A DNA stretch of 64,000 nucleotides from a virus: IMG/VR virus record IMGVR_UViG_3300044712_000557, positions 1-64,000 of that record. One strand, written 5' to 3'. Under the pieces are notes generated by a model, which ran no database searches, was not told the DNA's origin, and was given only the letters and a program-made list of their open reading frames with translations. Position 1 is the first letter of the stretch. Each line of letters opens with the position of its first letter. Position numbers and translations under genes: made by a program. Below, piece by piece: positions 56,541 through 64,000 of this stretch.

Positions 56541-57259
56541 TAGACCACCACTTCCTTGTTAACCGGGCTACCAGCGCGAAGGGCAGCCAGCATCGTTCCG
56601 TAGTCTGGCCCGCCGGTCGTGGTGCCGCCGCCCCTGGAGTTCTGGGTCTGCTTTGTATTCGTACGCTGATACAGATTCTTCAGTACGCTCGTTAGGTCGC
56701 CGAATGCCTGTCTACGATTATCCTGAGACTTCTGCCCAATCGCATTGTTGTTAGCCAGCCTCTGCGCGTTGAGAGCCTGGGTGGCCCCAACCTTCATCAT
56801 GCTGGGGTTGACTCCCATTCGAGCCGCCTGATTGTTGATCGTGCGATTAACGTTCTGACCCTGTGATGCTAGATCTCGCTCTGCGGCAGCCTTCTGCTCG
56901 GCTAGAAGGTTGTTCACCTCAAAAGGAGCATTGCGAGCAGCCGTCAGGACATCCCCGGCCGCAGCATTCCCCTCAGGACCAAAGTCCATCGACTGCGTAG
57001 AGTCGGAGTTGGAGTTCTGCCAGCTAGAGTTGGTCGTTGTCTGTGGTCCAGAAGCTCCTGCCATAATGCTGCTCAGGGAACCAGTGATCTGGTCCTGATA
57101 GGCTTTATTGGTAGCGTAGTTCTCATCAACTACGGCCTGGATAGCAGCCTTCCTGGCCGCATCCGCCTTCTCCTGGGCTGACATTGCCTTGTGCTGTCCG
57201 ATGGCGTTCATCCCCATTCCAACGAGGCTTACTGCGGCTGGAACTGCGACTGCTGGCAT
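56540..57259 (-). CDS. putative pilot/ejection protein
   Basis: G/A-rich hydrophobic N-terminus; Q/N/T-rich body. Confidence 0.6.
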   Translation of the reverse strand: MPAVAVPAAVSLVGMGMNAIGQHKAMSAQEKADAARKAAIQAVVDENYATNKAYQDQITGSLSSIMAGASGPQTTTNSSWQNSNSDSTQSMDFGPEGNAAAGDVLTAARNAPFEVNNLLAEQKAAAERDLASQGQNVNRTINNQAARMGVNPSMMKVGATQALNAQRLANNNAIGQKSQDNRRQAFGDLTSVLKNLYQRTNTKQTQNSRGGGTTTGGPDYGTMLAALRAGSPVNKEVVV

Positions 57260-57262
57260 GTG

Positions 57263-57637
57263 TTACTCCTTTGAGGCGTCCCAATAATAAAGGGTACCAT
57301 CGACCTTCTTGCCACCGAACCAGTGGGCAAACTTCTTTAGAACGGGAGTGGAATCAAGCACTACCGTGTATACGCAGGCGATGTTGGAGGCCTTAATCAT
57401 GGCCTTCATGTGCTCTGCCATCCTTCTCAAGATGGTCATAGACTTACGGTAGTCTTCTCTGACCCAGAAGGGCTCAATGTGGACCATGGCAAACATCGTC
57501 CAGGTGGCTACGACCTCTCCCTGCTCATTGAATGCAGCCAGGATTCTGGAGTTCCCCGCCTCATATACGTCAGACCCAGGCACTTCTCTAGGAGCTAAGT
57601 GGAACTCGTCCGGCTCAAGTTCTCGATAGGTGATCAT
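57263..57637 (-). CDS. GNAT-like protein (T7 gp13-like position)
   Basis: VHIEPFWVREDYRKS; position between tail and ejection genes. Confidence 0.55.
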   Translation of the reverse strand: MITYRELEPDEFHLAPREVPGSDVYEAGNSRILAAFNEQGEVVATWTMFAMVHIEPFWVREDYRKSMTILRRMAEHMKAMIKASNIACVYTVVLDSTPVLKKFAHWFGGKKVDGTLYYWDASKE

Positions 57638-60334
57638 CTAGAATGTCTTCCAGTCTCGACGGATCCAATCCATGGTCCAATGGGCAACAGTAGTAGCTCC
57701 ATATTGGTCTAGCTGCAGATTGAAGTGATGCACCGTCATGGTCTTAGTGTATGTCCCTACCTGGAACCATACTTCTCCGTCCAACGACCCCCACACCGAC
57801 CAGACAGACCCAGTCCTCTGAAGATGGATATATGAGACATGCAGCGCTGCTACGGCCTGACTGGATCGATTGTATGTCCAGCTACTGCTATCCTTCGTTG
57901 CCAGTCTGAACCCCCATCCTCCATAGTACTGAGCGTATGCCATAACGGCATCGCTTTCATCGCTGTCATAGGCTATCAACCTAACGTTCTGATAGCTAGT
58001 AAATGGAGTGATGCCAAACTTCCACGTCAGAGAAAAGTCTCCAGCGGGGGCGTACGCCTGGGAGATTTCCCACGTAGCGTTTCCGGGCAGCTTCAGCGTA
58101 ATCCTAGACGATGGAGAATTATAGGCAATCACCGGAGATCCAGTGTTGATCGTAACGCTCCATTTGGCGTCTAGGCTGCTACCCGTAAACTCGTCATCCT
58201 GGGTATTAGGAGATCCAGGAGGAGTGTCGGGACTCCACAAGCTAGACCCTCCAGATGCGGCCACCGTAACGTTTACTCGGTCGTTGCCCGCGTCATCGGC
58301 CACCGTTAGCGTTACGTTAGATCCCTCTACTAGGTTTACATTCTTTCGGGTACCTACAAGTGATCCGGCCTTAGAGACTTGGATCTTCTGCGCATCGGCC
58401 AACAACCCCGAAAGCCCCGTTACTCCGATTTCGTCTGCCCCACCATCCTGATGAGACGAGGCGTGTGATGCAGGAGTTCCTGCCGCCGCTGGCTTCCAAG
58501 TAGACGTAGCTGACTCGTATGCCAGCACATTAGTGTTGGCTGCGCCAGCAGTATCAACGTCAGTCAGATCGTTTAGAGCGCTAGCTCCACCGCCGCCACC
58601 AGTGCTCCATACCACGCCACCAGCTCCATTGGGGGCCAGCCTCTTACTTGTGTCCGTCTCGGAGGCACTCATCGCCGTGATAGGGTGAGCCGGGAAGTCG
58701 CTTCGCCCACTAAGAGAATTGTGAACTGTTGCGCTCCCAGACTGAGTTATCTGAATCCCCTTGGCGTGGATGAGGGTCACTGCCACGATCCGCGACTTAT
58801 GCGTTCCTGCATATGTAGATTTACAGTGAAGCGTCAACTTCGCAATCGGCACTACCTCTTCGAATGGCAACGTGCCCCAGGATAGAGTTAGGTAGTCCTC
58901 CCCCTGAGCTGACGCCAATGTTGCATGGGTAGCTTGTCCTGGAATCCACGCGAACTGTTTGGCAGCAACGTTGCATGGATGCGCCGCCAGGAACACGTTC
59001 ATATAGTTCCCGCTGGATAGCCCGTCCATCTCCGTGAGCTGCCAAGCTCCACCAGTTAGCTGGTTCCACTTCGGGTATGTTGTCCCGCTGATGAACGGGA
59101 AGGTTGGAGTGTCATCCCAGACCCATTCTCCCGTGGCTCCAGTACGGTACATGACATGGTATGGACCGCCATCAGATACGGCAGACAGGGTTCTAACTAC
59201 GTCCTCGTCGGCGATGATTGCCGAAGCTACAGCGGGCGTAATCGCCGCATCGGAGTCAGTATCCAGCGTGTACCCAGTGATTGCTGCTCCTGAGATTAAC
59301 TCCGTCCCCTCAGTGAAGTGGTGAGTATAATGCTCCCAGATATCCCTCTCGGCACCATGGGCTTCGAAGTAGGAGATCCCATCAGAGAGCGTATTGGAAT
59401 AATAGACCGCAGCTACTGGAATAACCGTGCGGTCCAAGATGGACCATGGGGTGGCCACGGCACTTACGGACAATACTCCGCTTGCATTGTAGTAGAAGTA
59501 GTACATGCCCGTAGATGTGCCATGCCCAGTCCCAGCGGTTTCTGTGGTCTTGACATACTTCACGCCATCAATCCAGATGGTGAAGTTCGCACCGGTTGGA
59601 GTAACCGTGATCTTGCGAGTAGTCTTGTCGTAAGAGATCGTTACCAGGGCCGATCCATCGGTAGCCCTCTTGAATCCATGCTTCCTCTGGTAAAGATCGT
59701 GGTCATCATCGCCTAATCCCGTTAGGGCCAATCCATGATCCAGAGTGCCGCAGTTCGCAGCATTCTGGTGCGTGTGATCTGGCACCTCAGAAGCTAGCCC
59801 CCCAGACGCCTCTTCTTTTAGGTATTGAGTATGGTCATCATCCAGGAGTCCGGCGATATCACTGCCGTGATCGATCTGCCTAGGCTCGCCATAGTTGGAG
59901 CTGGCATTCCAGAATACAACATCCTTATCAACAAGAGTCTCTCTATTGATATTGGAAAGCTCATACATGGACGGCAGTACAGTGATGTTTACTGCAACAT
60001 CAAAAATACCGCCACCATGCCCGTACGATACGGTGCCGATCATCACCTGTGGCGTGGGGGCTACCGGACGAGTATTGGTTAGCACCCCACCAAGCTTGGC
60101 CCAGAGAGTGTCTCCTACGGCCCATGTGTCTCCGCTGGTCTGCGTCATAGACCTAAGTAGGCCCTTGCGCAATACCCATACCTTTTGCCCAACTGTAGAG
60201 TCGGACATCGTAACGCCGGCAATTTTGTGGCCGTTGGATAGCCCTGGCTTTTCTGCTGCGCCTGACCATACCTGGATAGTGGGAGTAGCCCCTCCCGATC
60301 CGCCATGCTGGACGACAGTTCCCCTTAGGATCAC
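57638..60334 (-). CDS. tail fibre/spike protein
   Basis: DDDHTQY, LNDLTDVD and HASSHQDGG fibre motifs; C-terminal lectin-like beta domain. Confidence 0.75.
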   Translation of the reverse strand: MILRGTVVQHGGSGGATPTIQVWSGAAEKPGLSNGHKIAGVTMSDSTVGQKVWVLRKGLLRSMTQTSGDTWAVGDTLWAKLGGVLTNTRPVAPTPQVMIGTVSYGHGGGIFDVAVNITVLPSMYELSNINRETLVDKDVVFWNASSNYGEPRQIDHGSDIAGLLDDDHTQYLKEEASGGLASEVPDHTHQNAANCGTLDHGLALTGLGDDDHDLYQRKHGFKRATDGSALVTISYDKTTRKITVTPTGANFTIWIDGVKYVKTTETAGTGHGTSTGMYYFYYNASGVLSVSAVATPWSILDRTVIPVAAVYYSNTLSDGISYFEAHGAERDIWEHYTHHFTEGTELISGAAITGYTLDTDSDAAITPAVASAIIADEDVVRTLSAVSDGGPYHVMYRTGATGEWVWDDTPTFPFISGTTYPKWNQLTGGAWQLTEMDGLSSGNYMNVFLAAHPCNVAAKQFAWIPGQATHATLASAQGEDYLTLSWGTLPFEEVVPIAKLTLHCKSTYAGTHKSRIVAVTLIHAKGIQITQSGSATVHNSLSGRSDFPAHPITAMSASETDTSKRLAPNGAGGVVWSTGGGGGASALNDLTDVDTAGAANTNVLAYESATSTWKPAAAGTPASHASSHQDGGADEIGVTGLSGLLADAQKIQVSKAGSLVGTRKNVNLVEGSNVTLTVADDAGNDRVNVTVAASGGSSLWSPDTPPGSPNTQDDEFTGSSLDAKWSVTINTGSPVIAYNSPSSRITLKLPGNATWEISQAYAPAGDFSLTWKFGITPFTSYQNVRLIAYDSDESDAVMAYAQYYGGWGFRLATKDSSSWTYNRSSQAVAALHVSYIHLQRTGSVWSVWGSLDGEVWFQVGTYTKTMTVHHFNLQLDQYGATTVAHWTMDWIRRDWKTF

Positions 60335-61054
60335 TTACGGCCTCCATCCGGCAAAGATATACTCTGGCGTTCCAGCGCCCACTCTTCCTTGCCAACGATA
60401 ATTAGTTCCACCATTTGGAGATGTTCCAAGCGCGGTATACCTAGCGGATGTTCCTATATTCAGAGCTGTGACGCCGCTGAAGTATGGAACCCCGGAGACA
60501 TCGTATGGGTTTACGGTCTGGTTGCTGAAGACATGATCGGGCCAGTTGCTCTGAGTGATTCCGAAGGCCGTGTATAGCGGGATAGAGTAGCTGGGGAAAC
60601 TGTTAGCATCAACTCCATGGATAACCGTGCCGCCAGCAAGAATAAAATCCCTCACGGAATTATTTCCAGTTGTAATGTAGTCTGGGCCTGGGGCAATCTC
60701 TAGGTAATTAAGGCCGTTATAGATGAATACGTCATGAGTGCTCACAGATAGCGGCGTTGTTTTATTGCTAGCATTCCTATCCGTGATGGTATGACCCTGC
60801 GAGGCTAGCCAAGCCTTAAAGGTTGGGTCAATGCTCACATCGAACAAGATACGCTTAGCACCAGCCCCGGCCATTGCGGTAATGACATTCGTAGTAAGCG
60901 CCTGTATCGATGCTGCCTGCGCCTCATAGGATTCTGATCCTGGAGGCCAGTGTGTCCAGAAAAGATTGTCCCCAATTCCGAATAGGCCACCGGGCTGCTC
61001 GGAGTTCTGAGCTAAGAACGCCTCCCAACCTAGGGCCAACTTAACGTCTGTCAT
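60335..61054 (-). CDS. putative virion protein
   Basis: Within the tail cluster; looks lower in GC than its neighbours. Confidence 0.55.
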   Translation of the reverse strand: MTDVKLALGWEAFLAQNSEQPGGLFGIGDNLFWTHWPPGSESYEAQAASIQALTTNVITAMAGAGAKRILFDVSIDPTFKAWLASQGHTITDRNASNKTTPLSVSTHDVFIYNGLNYLEIAPGPDYITTGNNSVRDFILAGGTVIHGVDANSFPSYSIPLYTAFGITQSNWPDHVFSNQTVNPYDVSGVPYFSGVTALNIGTSARYTALGTSPNGGTNYRWQGRVGAGTPEYIFAGWRP

Positions 61055-61055
61055 G

Positions 61056-61916
61056 CTATACCCCGCTTGCCACGTAGGCTACCAACGTGCCCTCTAAAGT
61101 GTCCCAGGACATTAGGCCTTCGCCCGCAGCATAATCAACCCCAGCCTCAACAGCGGAATTCCATTCTACCCTAGATGGGTTGTCGATTACTGACTTCGTA
61201 GGCTCAGTATTGAACTGCACTCTTTCTAGCCCGTCGACTCTGGCTTCATCGTTCACATCATCCCCGGCCATATGGATAGCACGCGGATTATCAATGCGTC
61301 CTTCCCCTGTGCCAGAGACAGACATGTCGATGTGCTTAACGCCTGTTATCTCTCCATCTCCGGTCATGTAAATGGTACGAGCCTGATCGATGATGGCGTG
61401 TCCGACTCCACCAGTAAAGACTAGATCCTTAACGTCTCCGATAGCATTGCCGCCCATATCGAGGTCGCCCAGCATGTCCTGGGCTCCAGACCTAGCGAGC
61501 TTCTCGCTATCCAGCTCTTCAATGGCAGCCTTAACATTGACAGCAGATACATATCCAGACCCAACATGCGTAATCTGGTCAGATGGGTGCGTGTGTGGTC
61601 CTGGGGTGCCTCCAGAGGCCACCGACCAGCTACCATCCTCCCTGAGGAACTTCGTGGTCCCAGGGGTGACTCCGGGGTCGGGAACGTAGCCATGCATGTG
61701 GGCAGGGCCACTGCCACGGAAGACGTCATTGGGGTCTAGGTAGGTGGGAGTCTTGCCAAGGCGCACTACGGCCCCCTGAAGCTCCTCTACGGCCTTCGGA
61801 GAGGGCATGGCGGCCTTGGCGTCGGCCAGGGCCTTCTTTAGCTCCCGGATTTCGTCATTCAACTCCCGGATTGAAACCTTGACGTCCAGCGATGCTTCCT
61901 GTGGAACGCGTGCCAT
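61056..61916 (-). CDS. tail-associated structural protein
   Basis: GYVPDPG..KFLREDGSW, NVKAAIEEL, GDLDMGGN fibre motifs. Confidence 0.65.
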   Translation of the reverse strand: MARVPQEASLDVKVSIRELNDEIRELKKALADAKAAMPSPKAVEELQGAVVRLGKTPTYLDPNDVFRGSGPAHMHGYVPDPGVTPGTTKFLREDGSWSVASGGTPGPHTHPSDQITHVGSGYVSAVNVKAAIEELDSEKLARSGAQDMLGDLDMGGNAIGDVKDLVFTGGVGHAIIDQARTIYMTGDGEITGVKHIDMSVSGTGEGRIDNPRAIHMAGDDVNDEARVDGLERVQFNTEPTKSVIDNPSRVEWNSAVEAGVDYAAGEGLMSWDTLEGTLVAYVASGV

Positions 61917-64000
61917 TACTGATCACTCCTCTGGTCCGTATCTCCTACGCTTAGCTCGGTCCAGTTGCCGGTAGACTGGTGGCGAACGCGAACCATGTAT
62001 GTCTCAAATCCATGGAAGCCTTCAGAGCTGGCGTAGGAAGTACGCAACTTGACGGCCAGCCTGCGGCCCTTCGTGTCCCTTGGCAAGATGACCGTGTAGA
62101 CGTCTCTAACATCTGGGTCGACCACAACAGTTTCGGTGCAGTGGAGATGGCCGTTCTTATAGATGTCCAGATACAAATTATGCAAGCTCTGGATCTCCAA
62201 CTCTACCTGATTGATCCAGGCCAAGTCGCCACCGTTGGGTGGGATGATATTACCAAGGTCCATCGAGTACACATGCTGAGGACGGGCATTGTAGGTAACC
62301 CCGAAGCCATGGAACGACAATGCGCTCATGGCCCCAAAGATCTCTACCTGCACCCTCATAAATGGACCCAAGTCCAGGATGTCTGCCCTCCAGATGCCCT
62401 CTCGCATCATCGAGTACGAGAGTGTTTTGTTAGGAGCAGCAGGGAACTCGGTCGCATCGGTGTACAGATTAACGGTTCCTACGGACCCTCCAGTCTTACC
62501 GTGAATCTGAAGGTCGGCAGGATCCTTTCGAGTCAACGGAGAATCGCCTTCGATATACGGAGATAGCATCTCAATGTAGATGTCGCTCCCACTATCAAGC
62601 TCTCCGTCCTCAATCTTGATCACGTTTCCTTCGTAGCTGCCGGCGATCAGGCCCCCATCGTATTCGCGATGAAGCGACATGATGGTGTTTACCCCATACG
62701 TGAAGCGGCACCATTCGTCTCCGTAGAACTTCCACAGGGACGTAGATGCAGTTTCGAATACCGACTCCTTAGCGTACGGGGAACTGCAGTATAGGAATAG
62801 CTTGCTCCCAGGGGTAGCTGTCAGCGTCAGAATGCCAGAGCTGGTATCGATCGTGGCAACCACGGAAGGGTGCGCTGAGGCAACCTGATAGTCTCCAGCA
62901 ACTCCTCCCGTGCCATTGATAGCGTGCATCATGTTGGTCCACGAGATGTCAGCGTCGTTACCGATCAGCACTTCTCCGTTGGCATTCACCTCGTTTGTTA
63001 CGAAGCGATACGTACGGCTGTCGATGATGACCTTGTCGCCATTTCTAGGGTTCGTCGTCTCATAGCTGATCGTAGCGATAGGGTTGGAACCCTCAGGGGC
63101 CAGCATATAAAGGTTGTGGTCGTCCATCTCATAACGGAATCGACCGTTCTTGGTATCTAGCGCCGATACTCCATAGCGATCGTAACCCTTCCAGAGCATA
63201 CTGGTTCCAGCGAACGGTACCGGCTCTCCGCTAGCTCCCGTGAATACCATGGGTCCGTCTGCGGCACGGTAGTACACGCTATTCCCGTCTACGGTCACAG
63301 AGCTGTCTACGGGCGGGTTAGCCACACTGAGAGGATCTGGGTAGAGATCGGCCAAGAGATTGTCTTCTAGCACGTCTCCACTGCCGGCAATGCGTACGAT
63401 GTCCTTGCTCATGCCAACGAAGATGCCAGAGGACGTCTTGACGCACCACTTTGGCTCACCATACATGCGCAGATCGATCGTCTGATAGAGGCTAAAGCTG
63501 GACGGAGAACGCTGCGAGGATGGGTAAAGCCACCCCTCCTTCGTAAGGGCGAAGATCCTCTTGTTCCATGGCCCCGCCACAGAGATGATGTTGTCTGGAG
63601 GCCCTACGGACCCAGCTTCGTACACCTCATTCTCGATGAGCGCCTCAAGCTCGCTCTTGTAGATCTTGGCCACCAGATCTGGCGTCTCATCCGACTCATT
63701 GGTCGTCTCTGAAAACGCATACGAAGACAGTCTTGCCCACTCGCCTGGGTCATCTAGAAGATTTGGTTCTGAGATGTCATCGATCGTCATCCCGCCGCCA
63801 GGAGAAGCTGGTAGAATCGCCACGCGATAGTAGGTGTCTAGCCATCCGCCATATAGGTAGACCCATACCTGATTGACCTGGGAGTCCTTCAGGTTCATCG
63901 TTGCGGCCGGGACAGTGAACTGCAGCGTCTGCTGCTGGAGTACGATCGACTTAGAGATCGGGGACATCGGGGACAGCTCTGTGTAGACCTCCGCGCCACC
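61916..64000 (-). CDS. podovirus tail tubular/nozzle-like protein (5' end off window)
   Basis: Beta-rich propeller-like sequence; frame open to the window end; position. Confidence 0.55.
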   Translation of the reverse strand, partial: GGAEVYTELSPMSPISKSIVLQQQTLQFTVPAATMNLKDSQVNQVWVYLYGGWLDTYYRVAILPASPGGGMTIDDISEPNLLDDPGEWARLSSYAFSETTNESDETPDLVAKIYKSELEALIENEVYEAGSVGPPDNIISVAGPWNKRIFALTKEGWLYPSSQRSPSSFSLYQTIDLRMYGEPKWCVKTSSGIFVGMSKDIVRIAGSGDVLEDNLLADLYPDPLSVANPPVDSSVTVDGNSVYYRAADGPMVFTGASGEPVPFAGTSMLWKGYDRYGVSALDTKNGRFRYEMDDHNLYMLAPEGSNPIATISYETTNPRNGDKVIIDSRTYRFVTNEVNANGEVLIGNDADISWTNMMHAINGTGGVAGDYQVASAHPSVVATIDTSSGILTLTATPGSKLFLYCSSPYAKESVFETASTSLWKFYGDEWCRFTYGVNTIMSLHREYDGGLIAGSYEGNVIKIEDGELDSGSDIYIEMLSPYIEGDSPLTRKDPADLQIHGKTGGSVGTVNLYTDATEFPAAPNKTLSYSMMREGIWRADILDLGPFMRVQVEIFGAMSALSFHGFGVTYNARPQHVYSMDLGNIIPPNGGDLAWINQVELEIQSLHNLYLDIYKNGHLHCTETVVVDPDVRDVYTVILPRDTKGRRLAVKLRTSYASSEGFHGFETYMVRVRHQSTGNWTELSVGDTDQRSDQ

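Noticed and set aside
47248-63160. Plus-strand ORFs within the virion module
   Set aside because: Antisense shadows of long GC3-biased minus-strand genes
1-64000. CRISPR array, integrase, transposase or reverse transcriptase/DGR
   Set aside because: No regularly spaced repeats or diagnostic motifs seen; the PD-(D/E)XK gene lies near recT, consistent with recombination rather than Cas4 adaptation
1-64000. Stop-codon reassignment
   Set aside because: Long genes are intact in the standard code, all three stops terminate genes, and no CTA/TTA/TCA-anticodon tRNA was found

Overview
A GC-rich fragment of a tailed dsDNA phage genome, probably a podovirus. No host or cellular housekeeping genes are seen. 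(i) 1-8.2 kb, minus strand: nucleotide and RNA metabolism genes (SAM methyltransferase, RNA ligase, MazG-like, ThyX, metallophosphoesterase), an antirepressor, a replication-initiator N-terminal domain and an iteron-rich putative origin. (ii) At the strand switch, a promoter and rrn-type boxB-boxA precede a ~750-nt, highly base-paired, ORF-free region that is a candidate large ncRNA. (iii) 9.2-34.4 kb, plus strand: early and middle genes, many preceded by long RNA stems. They include a minimal kinase, a Ycf46-like AAA+ ATPase whose Walker B segment lies before Walker A (with DUF3150/DUF1257/DUF2997-like partners), a PD-(D/E)XK nuclease, WGR, RecT, DnaB and ParB-N. (iv) 34.4-44.2 kb: 39 CCA-ended tRNA genes whose anticodons cover all 20 amino acids, many structurally non-canonical. 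They are interleaved with two circularly permuted tRNA-like (YrlA-like) elements, other structured RNAs, two HNH-like genes, a GGQ release-factor domain, and vWA, YkuK and SLOG genes. (v) 44.9-64 kb, minus strand: virion and ejection module with a lytic transglycosylase, a 2524-aa polyvalent protein possibly extended by a -1 frameshift, ejection proteins, a GNAT-like protein, tail fibre and tail nozzle. All calls come from reading motifs and base pairing by eye; no database search or folding computation was run.
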